Below, piece after piece: positions 30,206 through 40,026 of a DNA stretch of 61,446 bases. The notes below the pieces were generated by a model. That model did no database searches. It saw only the letters and a list, made by a program, of their open reading frames with translations, and was not told the origin of the DNA. The stretch's first letter is position 1, and every line of letters starts with the position of its first letter. Source of the stretch: a virus. Taxonomy: Duplodnaviria > Caudoviricetes. The stretch spans positions 1 to 61,446 of IMG/VR virus record IMGVR_UViG_3300036761_000480; one strand, given 5' to 3'. Both the position numbers and the translations under genes were made by a program.

Positions 30206-32065
30206 TTATTTTATTTCACAATTATTTCCCGCGCATGCTAATTCTCCTGCAAGATTTGTATTATCATGTAATTCAATAACTTTAGTTAAATCAATATTAT
30301 GTAAGACGCTAACTAATCTCTCATATTCTTCCTTAGTACAATCAGTAAATGGAGGCTGTTTATACGATCCAGTATCATAAGGTAATACTGAAAGACCATT
30401 ATAATATTCCCTTGATGCCCACATCCATTCTCCCACAGCGTCCCATTCATTTTCTCTTAAACTAATAGTTGCTGAAACATTATGAGTATTCGATCCACTT
30501 CTATGTCCTGGTTTAATCCAATTTTGTGATATGAATTTAATTCTTTCCAGTAATTGGAATGGAGATTCTGTTCTCAATATAGAACCTTCAGGAGCTTTTT
30601 GAGGAACAGAAATAATTGCCGTGTCGTGTGGTCTGAAGAAATCATCTTCCAATAATTCTGGATGATATATACTTAAATAACTATATATTGGCTCATTCTT
30701 ACCTACACGAATTCTACGAATATAAAAAGAATTGTGCCATGCATGAACTCCACTTGAAGTTCCTAAAACTAAAGATGCTGTTCCACTTGGCTTAACAGTT
30801 GTTGTTCTTGCAGATTTATTTATACCAATTAAAGCGGATACTCGAATATTTTCATCTTTAACAATTTTAGCGGCGGCTTTCATATCAAAGTTTAATATTC
30901 TACCTGACCCAATACCTGTTAACGATACTCCAATCAATGCTTCTTTTTCTGTCGTCCTCTTCCATACCTCCCTTAGATAGTGAAAATCAGTATATCCTGC
31001 TTGTAATGTTCCAATAAAAGAGGCTACTCTAACTCTTTGATTTAAATCTTCCTGTGACTCTATATCTGAAACATTAACCTCACACAAATTACAGAATTGA
31101 TTGGATCTCAATGAGATTTCACAACATGGATTTGTTCCGTACTCTTTATCATTGGATAAATAAATTCCTGGTTCACCTGATCCTGAAGCCTCAATTCTTT
31201 TCCATAAATCCATAAAAAATTCTTTTGTTATTCGATGCCTCAAAAGAATCGCAGAATTATTTGACCTTCCTCTTTGAGGATTGGATTCCCACCATAAACC
31301 ATTCTTACATGATATCATTTCACTGTCGTCGGCGCTGAATAGAGATATCAGAGCTGCCCTTCTTATTCCACCCGCCAAAACCGCATCAGCAATGAAACAA
31401 ATAATATCATGAACTTCAATAGTTTCTAATTTTTCACCATCCTGTTTTGATTCAAGTATTTTACTAATGTTATGTACACAATCTTTTAAGGGTTGTGGAC
31501 CTGGCGCTTTTCCACCTGAAGTAACTAATAGAGCTCCTTTGGGCCTTATATCAGAATAATCAAAAACAGGAACGGACAAAGATAAACCAAAGTATGATTT
31601 TATTAAAACTTTTATGCAATCGGCCCATCCTTCAATATTATCACCTACTAAGTATCTTCTTGTTCTCGTTGGATTTGGCTTTCTAATTTCTGGTAATTTT
31701 TCCACATGATGTTTTTGTACGGAATACCCAACTCCTGTTCCTCCGAGAAGGAGAAACATTGTTTCAGAAAATGCATCAATATGGTCTATTGGTTGATACG
31801 CGCAATTATAAATTCTGTTTGGACTAATCTCAATAGGCTTACCTCCGAATTGTAATGACCTCATAGAGGGTAACGCTTTCTTATCATATACCATCTTATA
31901 AGCTTCGATGATCTCCTCCTTTAGTTTAGGATATTTTTTTATATGCATGTTCATATTCCTTGTGACTATTTCGTCCCAAGTTTCTCTTCTATTTAGAGCA
32001 GGAATATATTTTGCATATTTCATATAAACCGTTAAATCAGATAGTATTTTTTGTGATAAATCCAT
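30206..32065 (-). CDS. nrdJ: Class II (adenosylcobalamin-dependent) ribonucleotide reductase, monomeric RTPR-like
   Basis: PSMRSLQFGG, YNCAY, AGGIRRAALI, TNPCCEI, TTVKPSGT and C-terminal CAGNNC redox pair; no beta subunit nearby. Confidence 0.9.
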   Translation of the reverse strand: MDLSQKILSDLTVYMKYAKYIPALNRRETWDEIVTRNMNMHIKKYPKLKEEIIEAYKMVYDKKALPSMRSLQFGGKPIEISPNRIYNCAYQPIDHIDAFSETMFLLLGGTGVGYSVQKHHVEKLPEIRKPNPTRTRRYLVGDNIEGWADCIKVLIKSYFGLSLSVPVFDYSDIRPKGALLVTSGGKAPGPQPLKDCVHNISKILESKQDGEKLETIEVHDIICFIADAVLAGGIRRAALISLFSADDSEMISCKNGLWWESNPQRGRSNNSAILLRHRITKEFFMDLWKRIEASGSGEPGIYLSNDKEYGTNPCCEISLRSNQFCNLCEVNVSDIESQEDLNQRVRVASFIGTLQAGYTDFHYLREVWKRTTEKEALIGVSLTGIGSGRILNFDMKAAAKIVKDENIRVSALIGINKSARTTTVKPSGTASLVLGTSSGVHAWHNSFYIRRIRVGKNEPIYSYLSIYHPELLEDDFFRPHDTAIISVPQKAPEGSILRTESPFQLLERIKFISQNWIKPGHRSGSNTHNVSATISLRENEWDAVGEWMWASREYYNGLSVLPYDTGSYKQPPFTDCTKEEYERLVSVLHNIDLTKVIELHDNTNLAGELACAGNNCEIK

Positions 32066-32125
32066 AAAATTATATATTTAATTTATTCTTTATTTTTTTC
32101 CGTTGTGCATTTCTCCTATGGTTCT

Positions 32126-32827
32126 CTACCCGCTATTTACCTCTATTTCTTCAACCTTATGCTTTTTTTGCTTAGATAATTCAGCAAGTCGGTGATTTTT
32201 TTCTTCTTGGGATAAATCGGATATTGTTGGACTCTTTACTTCCACAGTTCCTATCACACTGCCAAGTCCCACGCCTGGTGGAGGAGCCTCAACATGAATT
32301 GGTTCATCAAAATTATGATTAGGATGTATTTCGCCAGTAATTTCTTCCCTGATTTCTTCTTTTCTATGCTTCATTTCTTCTTTCTCTATTATAGATTTTT
32401 TATACACGTCTAAAATATGTTCTTTTTTCTGTATAGCTTTTTCTTCAGCATGGCCAAGAAGAGTATTTTGTGTATCAGTATCAATTTCGAGTAATTCGTT
32501 ATTAAATTTACAATTTCCAAAAACCACTCCATCTTTACCGATACGGCTTTTAAGTAATGTAACAGTTGCAAGATTATTTTCTTTCTGTTCAAGAGTTTTA
32601 GCAACTGAAATAACCACATGCCCGACTTGAGCTTTCTTAATATTACCGCCCATTTGATCAGCAGTAACGATTTCTGAAGACATTGATGAATTATGGGTAT
32701 ATATATCATTTGCATAAAACATTTCTGTATCTTCGACTGATATGTCAATAGTTTCTTCTTCACCAATTAACTCAATACTTATTATTTCATCCAATTTGAA
32801 ATCGTCTAAATTTAAATTATGCTTCAT
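32126..32827 (-). CDS. dnaB: Split replicative helicase, C-terminal part: IntC (46 aa) + DnaB/gp41 C-extein
   Basis: EETIDISV..MFYANDIYTHN|S intein blocks F/G, followed by DQMGGNIKKAQ..LLKSRIG helicase motif. Confidence 0.92.
   Translation of the reverse strand: MKHNLNLDDFKLDEIISIELIGEEETIDISVEDTEMFYANDIYTHNSSMSSEIVTADQMGGNIKKAQVGHVVISVAKTLEQKENNLATVTLLKSRIGKDGVVFGNCKFNNELLEIDTDTQNTLLGHAEEKAIQKKEHILDVYKKSIIEKEEMKHRKEEIREEITGEIHPNHNFDEPIHVEAPPPGVGLGSVIGTVEVKSPTISDLSQEEKNHRLAELSKQKKHKVEEIEVNSG
32690..32827 (-). mobile_element. Split intein C-fragment (IntC)
   Basis: Ends His-Asn, followed by Ser+1. Confidence 0.92.
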
Positions 32828-32828
32828 G

Positions 32829-34034
32829 TTAATTTTTTAAGAAATTAATACATTCATTTATTGTTTGTTCTTTATTTTTATGATATAAAATTTCATTGAT
32901 TCTTAGAATTTTATATCCTTTTAATTTTAAAAAATCATCTCTATTTTTATCAATTATTTTCTGCTTATTTGATGAATGCCAATACTCTCCATCAAATTCA
33001 ATTATTTTTTCATTATATTTAAAATCTACATTTATTATTGTTAAGTCATTTTTATAGGCATAAAAAACATATTCGTCATTTAATTCCGCAAAATAACAAT
33101 TTTCTTTATTTTCAAGACGTTCATATATATTCCAAAATAAATCTTGAGAAATTTTAGAATATTTAGTGCTAAAATAATTAATTTTCTTATTAATTAATTC
33201 TTGATATTTTATTATTCCATTGTCATTTCCATATTCTTTAATATAATATTCCTGTGATGATTTATACCTCAATTTGTCTCCCATACAATTATATCTTTTA
33301 TTTCCTTCTATTTCGCCATATCGTTCAATAAAAGAATTTAAACTTGTTTTACTCATACTTTCACAATACTCATTCCATAAAATTAATCCATTCTCTTTCC
33401 CATATGTCTCTAAATAATATTCAATTGATCTACGGTAACTTTGCTTTTCGTTTTTTATTATCCATCTTTTATACCCATCGTCAATTCCATATTTTTTCTG
33501 GTATTCTACTAATGTTAATCCATTACGATATGGTTTAATTTTTTTTCTCTTTTTCATCGTTTCAATTTTTTGATTCAATGTTTTTTCCCATTTTATTTTG
33601 CCCTCTTTTTCACCATATCTCTCAATCATATATTTTATCCCATAACTTTTTACTTTTTCATTTCTTTCTTTCCATTTTTTAATTCCTTCGTCCTCGCCAT
33701 AAAGCTCGATAAATTTTTTTTTATCCATTCTCGTTTTAGATATGTGACTTTTTCTTTTCTCATCCCATTTATCACCATAACGTATTTTACATGAATATTC
33801 ACTAACAACATCGTTTTTTATAGTAGTTGTAATGATTTTTAATCTATCTAACCAATTATCCTCAACTCCATAAAGAATAAAATCTCTGATGTTAACCAGT
33901 CTATTTCCAATATTATCAGTTTTATAATATTTTATAATTTTATAAACTTCGTTCATCTGATCATTTGTAATTTTATTTCTAATATCTCTGATCTTTTTAT
34001 AATTTAAAAAAACGTCTAATGATATTTTCCCCAT
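32829..34034 (-). CDS. Free-standing homing endonuclease (Vsr/DUF559-like PD-(D/E)xK) between the split helicase halves
   Basis: C-terminal VDFKY..IIEFDGEYWH..DKNRDDFL..GYKILRINE; about six (F/Y)IExYGxxEG repeats. Confidence 0.85.
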   Translation of the reverse strand: MGKISLDVFLNYKKIRDIRNKITNDQMNEVYKIIKYYKTDNIGNRLVNIRDFILYGVEDNWLDRLKIITTTIKNDVVSEYSCKIRYGDKWDEKRKSHISKTRMDKKKFIELYGEDEGIKKWKERNEKVKSYGIKYMIERYGEKEGKIKWEKTLNQKIETMKKRKKIKPYRNGLTLVEYQKKYGIDDGYKRWIIKNEKQSYRRSIEYYLETYGKENGLILWNEYCESMSKTSLNSFIERYGEIEGNKRYNCMGDKLRYKSSQEYYIKEYGNDNGIIKYQELINKKINYFSTKYSKISQDLFWNIYERLENKENCYFAELNDEYVFYAYKNDLTIINVDFKYNEKIIEFDGEYWHSSNKQKIIDKNRDDFLKLKGYKILRINEILYHKNKEQTINECINFLKN

Positions 34035-34091
34035 AATATTTTTATTATAAATATACGCTTAAAATAAAAAATTAACATCAACACAAATATT

Positions 34092-34364
34092 TTATTTTTC
34101 CAACAATAAAACATCTCCAATAGATAATCCGCTTTCTATTGATTTTAATTGTTTATATTTCGTTGGGAAAAAATGTTTAGATGATACATTAATTTCCTTG
34201 CCTGACTTTGTTTTAATTTTATATACTGGTTGTTTCTCAATGGGAAATATGTAACTTATTTTTTTATATCCATTATGCGTTTTAATTAAATCACCTTTCA
34301 TTACATTTTTAATTTTAATTTGTCCTTTATCTATTATATCAACTAATGTATCAATCCCGACACA
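34092..34364 (-). mobile_element. Split intein N-fragment (IntN)
   Basis: Cys1 block A CVGIDTLV; block B VSSKHFFPT; ends GLSIGDVLLLEK-stop. Confidence 0.92.
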
Positions 34365-35420
34365 TCTATTTCCTTGGGTTGCTGTCCATACAGCAATATT
34401 AAATTCATCGGTCATTGATTCGAGGCTTCTCATAATTGCCCCTTCACCTTTCCATTCTTCACCATTCATTGTTCCTTCGCTAGTAATACAATCAACATAA
34501 TCTAAAACCAATAGATCAATTTTAAGCCCCTCAGATTCTAACTTCCTAATTTTATTTCTAATATCATTAATAGAAAGAGTTCCAGATGGGTATTTAACAA
34601 GTTTAAGAAAATTTTTCTTCTGACTTTGCATATAGTCAATCATTCCAGCAATGTCATGCTTATGCTTAGGTTGTTCATCAGGTGTTATATGTGTCCAAAC
34701 TGCATAATGTTTTCTACGAATATCTCTCATATTGTCTTCAAAAAATATCTGTAAAACATTCGCTCCTGTATTATATGCTGAATTTGCAACTTTACTTAAC
34801 CATGTCGTTTTTCCAATACCTGTGGGCGAGAGTAAAATAGCTAATTCACCTTTTGCAATACCACCTTTAAGAAGATTATCAATACCCACAATTCCTGTTG
34901 GGAATGGTATTCTTGAATCTTCTTCCAGTGATTCTAACACACCTTCACTAATATCAACGACTTCATGTGTTGTGGTGCCAATTTGTAGAGCTTTTTGAAT
35001 TTTATCTTCAATTTTAGTATAATTTTCAAAATCTCCATTATCCATAATCTCCTCTGACTCTTTCAGTGCCCTTTTCAATACTTGCTGTCTGCAAAAATTG
35101 AGAGCTGTGAGCTTCACATACCCATTATCTTCTACTTCTTTGTCTCTGATAGCATATAATGTATCAAGATTTATTTTACTTGATGCACTAGTATTTTCTG
35201 CCAGTATTTTTTGTGATAAAGTCTCGTAATTGGGAATAGTTTTAAATGTCGTATAAAGCTCTTTGATGTTCTCCATAATATATTTGAAGTATGGACCATC
35301 GAAGTACTTACTATCGATTACATCAACTATTGTTACAGCGAACTTTTTATCCTCAATTATTGCTTTTAGTAGCGACTGTTGAAATGTCGTCCCCAAGTAT
35401 CCAAAATTCTTTTCGTTCAT
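34092..35420 (-). CDS. dnaB: Split replicative helicase, N-terminal part: DnaB/gp41 N-extein + IntN (90 aa)
   Basis: TGIVGIDNLLKGG, Walker A PTGIGKTT, Walker B LLVLDYVD, WTATQGNR|CVGIDT intein start. Confidence 0.92.
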   Translation of the reverse strand: MNEKNFGYLGTTFQQSLLKAIIEDKKFAVTIVDVIDSKYFDGPYFKYIMENIKELYTTFKTIPNYETLSQKILAENTSASSKINLDTLYAIRDKEVEDNGYVKLTALNFCRQQVLKRALKESEEIMDNGDFENYTKIEDKIQKALQIGTTTHEVVDISEGVLESLEEDSRIPFPTGIVGIDNLLKGGIAKGELAILLSPTGIGKTTWLSKVANSAYNTGANVLQIFFEDNMRDIRRKHYAVWTHITPDEQPKHKHDIAGMIDYMQSQKKNFLKLVKYPSGTLSINDIRNKIRKLESEGLKIDLLVLDYVDCITSEGTMNGEEWKGEGAIMRSLESMTDEFNIAVWTATQGNRCVGIDTLVDIIDKGQIKIKNVMKGDLIKTHNGYKKISYIFPIEKQPVYKIKTKSGKEINVSSKHFFPTKYKQLKSIESGLSIGDVLLLEK

Positions 35421-35433
35421 ATATCTTTTGCTC

Positions 35434-35880
35434 CTATTTTATCTCATATTGTAGGTATCTGTTATCCAATACTTCAGATGATAAAACATTCGTTAAATCT
35501 GATAATATTCTTCTAACTTTTGGCCTAATATCCACAGCATATCTTGCTTTTGGATGATAAATATGAGCGGGAAATATCCTAGAAATAAATACATCTTCAC
35601 CCAATAATATTCTTAATAAAAAATATTCTTCATCGGGCCTGGCAGTAAATTCTTCATGATTGAAAGCAAGAAAAGATTTATGATCTTCGGTTAAATAATC
35701 CAATGTTTTTATTTTTAAATCTTCCGAAATTTCTTTACAAATTTCTTTTACGCACTCATATAAATTGAGTGAATTTTTGGTTTTTGGATTATAGTTTGGA
35801 ACACTAAAATATCTCTGAATAACTATATTTTTCTCTAGCGTCAGGAGAAATTCGAATTTATTAGGATCTTGGTATTGCAT
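35434..35880 (-). CDS. Hypothetical protein between exonuclease and helicase
   Basis: 148-aa ORF tightly packed in the operon. Confidence 0.75.
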   Translation of the reverse strand: MQYQDPNKFEFLLTLEKNIVIQRYFSVPNYNPKTKNSLNLYECVKEICKEISEDLKIKTLDYLTEDHKSFLAFNHEEFTARPDEEYFLLRILLGEDVFISRIFPAHIYHPKARYAVDIRPKVRRILSDLTNVLSSEVLDNRYLQYEIK

Positions 35881-35884
35881 ATTT

Positions 35885-36895
35885 TTATCTTTTTATATTT
35901 GTATAACGTTTATTTTTTTCTTTTCTGGTTAATCTGAGGAATGGATTAAGAAATTTTATCCACGCATCATCTGATTTAGGAAGAACTTGAAATAATCCAT
36001 CTTCCATCATCATTTTCATTGTGTTCTTATATGACCTTCCTTCGGGGTCTAGGTTATCGGTTATCAACACCTTTATATTTTCCTTTGCTTCTTCGGTCAA
36101 TATCGGCTCATCCAAACTTACAATACTATTATTAACCTGGAAGAATTCTTCACCAAATACTCCACGTTTAGTAACCCCTGTTATGAGATTCTGTATAATT
36201 TTATTTTCCTTATCCTGTTCGAAAAGAAAATTAGTTTTATACCTAACATATTCCAAGGTCAAGGGTTGAGTTACAATTTCAGGAAACATCTCCTTTAATC
36301 TTTTAATTCCAAGATTTCGGATTCCCGCTATATTGTCAGAAGGGTCACCACACAACATTTTAACCAATTTGATATTTTCAATTAAAATCTCTTCGTGGTC
36401 ATAAACAAACGTATCTTTTGGCTTATATAATTTATGATGTGATGGGTTATAGAGTTGCGTTTTTTCGTTAACAAGTTGTGTTAGATCTCCATCAGACGAG
36501 AAAATGATTTTCTTTTCATCTGGGGTTATCTGGGTATAGTATGCAATGCAATCATCGGTCTCACAATATTTATATTCTCCCTGCCGAACATATACTTCTT
36601 CTAAATATTGTTTAATTCTCTGTCTTTGATAATTATAAGAATTGATTTCGTTCTCACTCTTTGGCTTTTTGGGGTTATCTTTGTAATAGGAATATATTTT
36701 TTTACGTGACAGAGATCCATCCTCTCCATCCCAAAAAACCACTATTTTATCAAGGTGATAATTTTCGAAAGATCTTCTTAGGGTATTGAGGAAATGATAT
36801 ATTCCCCCAATATGTTCACCCTTGTAGAAGTAATTTTTTACACCGAAGTACCCTATAGTCAGTAGGTTATCGCCGTCAACCAGTAAAGTGGTCAT
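35885..36895 (-). CDS. 5'-3' exonuclease / T4 RNase H-like flap endonuclease
   Basis: TLLVDGDNL, VVFWDG, ETDDCIA, FSSDGDLTQL, GDPSDNIAGIRNLGIK (helix-3-turn-helix). Confidence 0.92.
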   Translation of the reverse strand: MTTLLVDGDNLLTIGYFGVKNYFYKGEHIGGIYHFLNTLRRSFENYHLDKIVVFWDGEDGSLSRKKIYSYYKDNPKKPKSENEINSYNYQRQRIKQYLEEVYVRQGEYKYCETDDCIAYYTQITPDEKKIIFSSDGDLTQLVNEKTQLYNPSHHKLYKPKDTFVYDHEEILIENIKLVKMLCGDPSDNIAGIRNLGIKRLKEMFPEIVTQPLTLEYVRYKTNFLFEQDKENKIIQNLITGVTKRGVFGEEFFQVNNSIVSLDEPILTEEAKENIKVLITDNLDPEGRSYKNTMKMMMEDGLFQVLPKSDDAWIKFLNPFLRLTRKEKNKRYTNIKR

Positions 36896-36917
36896 TCATA
36901 GAAATTATTCGTAAATA

Positions 36918-37373
36918 CTAGAAATTGTACTTGACACCCAATAAAACAAAAGGATTTTTTGTTCCTACATTGTATCCGCCACCGACATCAATAAATTTTA
37001 ATGCGCTTACTGTACCTGCAAATGATAATGAGGCATCGGGAGTGGCATTAACAAATACTAATGCGTTAAAACCAAAATTATTATATGGAGCACCGTTAAG
37101 ATCAATATAATGTTGATAACCGATACCCATACCAACGGAATTAAATGCCGTTGCGTTCCATTCTTTTGTAACACGATCATATGTTACTATTGTTGCAGCA
37201 ATTGAAACTGCTGGCCTAAATAACCACACGTTGGGATTTACAGCCGAAACTCCTTTAAGATAACTTTGAAATTGTTGTGGAGTAACAGGTTTAAAAAATC
37301 CATCCCACTTACTTTGTGAGAATCCCGAAATTGATATGACAACTAAGGCCAATAAAATTAATAGTTTCTTCAT
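36918..37373 (-). CDS. Secreted, probable small outer-membrane beta-barrel-like protein
   Basis: Signal peptide MKKLLILLALVVISISGFS|Q; alternating beta-strand pattern; C-terminal LGVKYNF. Confidence 0.7.
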   Translation of the reverse strand: MKKLLILLALVVISISGFSQSKWDGFFKPVTPQQFQSYLKGVSAVNPNVWLFRPAVSIAATIVTYDRVTKEWNATAFNSVGMGIGYQHYIDLNGAPYNNFGFNALVFVNATPDASLSFAGTVSALKFIDVGGGYNVGTKNPFVLLGVKYNF

Positions 37374-37408
37374 GTTTTTTATTTTTAAATTTTATTTTTA
37401 TATATTAT

Positions 37409-37439
37409 TAAAGATACATAAAATTTTCGAAAAATCAAA
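37409..37439 (-). promoter_or_regulatory. Bacteroidota sigmaA-type promoter for the secreted-protein gene
   Basis: TTTG-N19-TATCTTTA, close to the TTTG..TAnnTTTG consensus. Confidence 0.6.
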
Positions 37440-38100
37440 TGATTTTAGTAGATTTATGAATATTATCTAACCACCATAAAGGTTGAAGATTTGTGTAATG
37501 ACATAATTTATATAATTCATCTTCCGTTTTTGCTGAATCTAATGGCATCCTATGATCAATATGCCAACCAAATTGCCCGTGATTTTCCCAATTCATTCCA
37601 TCAGTAAATTGTTTTTCTAAATATTCCTTTAAATCTGATGGAGACATTCCAACAATTTCGAATGTCCTATTTCTTTTCGTTATATTAAGTTTTTTTAGAT
37701 ATTTATACATTCTGCCTCGTACATTATTAGTAATTTTATAAACTGGATCATCTTTTTGTCTTTCTTTTCTTCTCTCTCTTTTTCTTGGTTTATAATTTTT
37801 ACGATATTCTTTTCTTTTTTCTGGATTATTTTTATAAAAATTTTTATGATTTTCATTAATTTTTTCAGGATTTTCTAATCGATATTTTTTATACCTATTA
37901 TAAACCCATTCAGGATGTTTATGACACCAATCTCGTGTAAGTTTTAAACATTTTTGTGAGTTATTTTTTCTATATTTTTTACTTCTTTCATTATTACATG
38001 TACTACAAACACAAGAATATCCAGATTTACTCCTATTATTTTTAACAAAGTCATCTAATTCTTTTTCTAATCCACATTTACTGCAAATTTTTTGTAACAT
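37435..38100 (-). CDS. HNH homing endonuclease (probable start MLQKICSKC at 38100)
   Basis: N-terminal CxxC..CxxC; WHIDHRMPL..CHYTNLQPLW..N. Confidence 0.85.
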   Translation of the reverse strand: MLQKICSKCGLEKELDDFVKNNRSKSGYSCVCSTCNNERSKKYRKNNSQKCLKLTRDWCHKHPEWVYNRYKKYRLENPEKINENHKNFYKNNPEKRKEYRKNYKPRKRERRKERQKDDPVYKITNNVRGRMYKYLKKLNITKRNRTFEIVGMSPSDLKEYLEKQFTDGMNWENHGQFGWHIDHRMPLDSAKTEDELYKLCHYTNLQPLWWLDNIHKSTKII

Positions 38101-38101
38101 C

Positions 38102-39115
38102 CTATTCGGTATCTTCCTCACGTATAATATTTGCGTTTATTATTTCTGATATAGAAACACCTAATTTCTCACTAATATATTCCCCAGCAATTTTTTTATA
38201 TTCTTCGATAGATTTTTTTTCTTCGGCCTCGTTCTTTGCCTTCATAAAATCATGAGCTGTTATTAATATTTTACCGTCTTCATAACCAAGTCCAGTGAGA
38301 TGATTTTTCATTACACTAATTTTAGTTCTCGTTGCTATTTTAATTTTTCTACCATCTTTCGTGATGGATATCTTAGTTATGCCTGCTCCTTTCTGATTTC
38401 CGAATAAAAATACAAACGTTGAATTTAACCATACTGCATTTCCCCCTTTAGCCATAATTCTTGGCTGTCCAAATGGCCCATCTGGTAATTCAACCCATGC
38501 CTGATTGGACATAATCATTGTGTTCGTATATTTTCTATCTGACCTACGTGATCCAGTAATTCTCTGGTTTAGTCCCATTCCTATTTTATCCGATAATACC
38601 GATGCGGTCGCTTGTTTTCCACCCTTGCCGTCAAATGTCATTTTACATGGAACAGAACCCACAGAATCCCATAAAAAACATAAATCATAATCTATCTCTC
38701 CCTTATCTTGAGCATCAAGTAAGCTAGTAATATAATCTGTAATTTGTTCAACATAATCAAAATGATTATTAAAAAGAAAAAATCCGTCCCAATTAAAACT
38801 TCCATCTTCTTTAACCACCTTTTCACATTGAAATCCTAACAGTTTTGCATGTTCAAATGTCCATTTTTGTTCTGTAATAAGAAAAACAGGTAATATATTT
38901 TTTCTCTGTGCGTCTATTGCCGTTTTAATTAGAGCAACGGTTTTTCCTGTATCACTATGTCCTAATAACATATTTAAATGCCCCATAGCGGGGCCTGGAA
39001 TGCCGCAAGCATCCAAAAAAGCGTCCCCCAAATCAAAATATCTGTCAGGCTTAAATGATGCCTCTTCTGAATATTTCTTTTTTATTGCTGAAAAATCTTG
39101 TTTTTTAATTGCCAT
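38102..39115 (-). CDS. recA: RecA/UvsX-like recombinase
   Basis: Walker A GHSDTGKT, ITEQK, Walker B FLWDSVGS, MSNQ, KGGNA, VMKNH. Confidence 0.88.
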   Translation of the reverse strand: MAIKKQDFSAIKKKYSEEASFKPDRYFDLGDAFLDACGIPGPAMGHLNMLLGHSDTGKTVALIKTAIDAQRKNILPVFLITEQKWTFEHAKLLGFQCEKVVKEDGSFNWDGFFLFNNHFDYVEQITDYITSLLDAQDKGEIDYDLCFLWDSVGSVPCKMTFDGKGGKQATASVLSDKIGMGLNQRITGSRRSDRKYTNTMIMSNQAWVELPDGPFGQPRIMAKGGNAVWLNSTFVFLFGNQKGAGITKISITKDGRKIKIATRTKISVMKNHLTGLGYEDGKILITAHDFMKAKNEAEEKKSIEEYKKIAGEYISEKLGVSISEIINANIIREEDTE

Positions 39116-39140
39116 ATCTATTATTATAAAAAAATTATTA

Positions 39141-39173
39141 AATCGCCCACACCTTTAATAGATGTGGGCGATT
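39141..39173 (-). terminator. Hairpin (terminator or RNA processing site) between ssb and recA
   Basis: AATCGCCCACA..TGTGGGCGATT 11-bp inverted repeat followed by T-rich tract on the minus strand. Confidence 0.7.
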
Positions 39174-39180
39174 AGTTAGA

Positions 39181-40026
39181 TTAAAAAGGTAAATCTGCCT
39201 CGTCATCGGGTTCTGCCTCCGCTTGTGGATCTTCAGGAACTTTACCTGGTACTGATCCAGCAATTGTTTCTTCTGCTGTTGCCGCTGAAACCCATTTTTT
39301 AAGATCATTATCCCATTTTGGGGTTTCCCCTTGGGCGACCATATCGAGATACTCCTCTGGTTTCTTAGCATAAACATCTGACCATACAAGAAGATCATTA
39401 AGCCATTTCTGTGCCGTCTCCTCATTTTCATGTAATGGACTAGGATCTTCTGGAATGATAGAATTGATTACTGTATACACTCTGCCTGTGCCTGATGTGG
39501 TAAGGGATAATGAAAGAATCAAATCACGACCTTTAACGGGATCGGTGATGTCACCCTTATTTTTCCAAATCGGGTAGATTTTATCAAAAACGCCTTCCCC
39601 TTTGGCGTTATTCTTAAATCTCCAGAATTTTGGGCCGTCTTGCTCATGATCTCTGTCAATTACTTTTACAACAAAGAATTTACGTGAGCGATAGGATTTC
39701 GCTAGTTCTTTGTCAGATTCGACGCCAGTAGCTTCAAGGCTGTCTTTAACTTCGTTCAAGGGAGAACGTTTATGTTCCTGCTTCGGGTCCCAAAGTTTAA
39801 CCCATTTTCCATCCACCTGTACTTCGTGGAAAAATACCTCTACAAACGGCGTCGATCCATCTTTTGGAGATAAGATGCGTACCCGTCTTTCCTCACTTTC
39901 AGAACCTTTCGGTAATACGGTGGTAAAATACTTCTTCATTCGTTCCTCTTGAGAGGCGAATTTGTTGCCGCCTGCGGCTTTCTTGTTTTTTTCGTACTGT
40001 TCTTGTACTGCTTCAAATGTTCCCAT
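39181..40026 (-). CDS. Single-stranded DNA-binding protein, T4 gp32-like
   Basis: RVRIL..PFVEVFFH; FVVKVIDRD..GPKFWRF; DITDPVKGRDL; acidic tail DDEADLPF. Confidence 0.82.
   Translation of the reverse strand: MGTFEAVQEQYEKNKKAAGGNKFASQEERMKKYFTTVLPKGSESEERRVRILSPKDGSTPFVEVFFHEVQVDGKWVKLWDPKQEHKRSPLNEVKDSLEATGVESDKELAKSYRSRKFFVVKVIDRDHEQDGPKFWRFKNNAKGEGVFDKIYPIWKNKGDITDPVKGRDLILSLSLTTSGTGRVYTVINSIIPEDPSPLHENEETAQKWLNDLLVWSDVYAKKPEEYLDMVAQGETPKWDNDLKKWVSAATAEETIAGSVPGKVPEDPQAEAEPDDEADLPF

Noticed and set aside
32066-32125. Cobalamin riboswitch upstream of nrdJ
   Set aside because: Only 60 bp of AT-rich leader with no B12-box motif.
32829-34091. Group I intron or pseudogene explanation for the broken helicase
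   Set aside because: Both halves carry intact intein termini and the spacers (1 bp and 57 bp) leave no room for a ribozyme core.
38098-38121. Overlap of the HNH gene with recA
   Set aside because: Removed by using the ATG at 38100 (MLQKICSKC).
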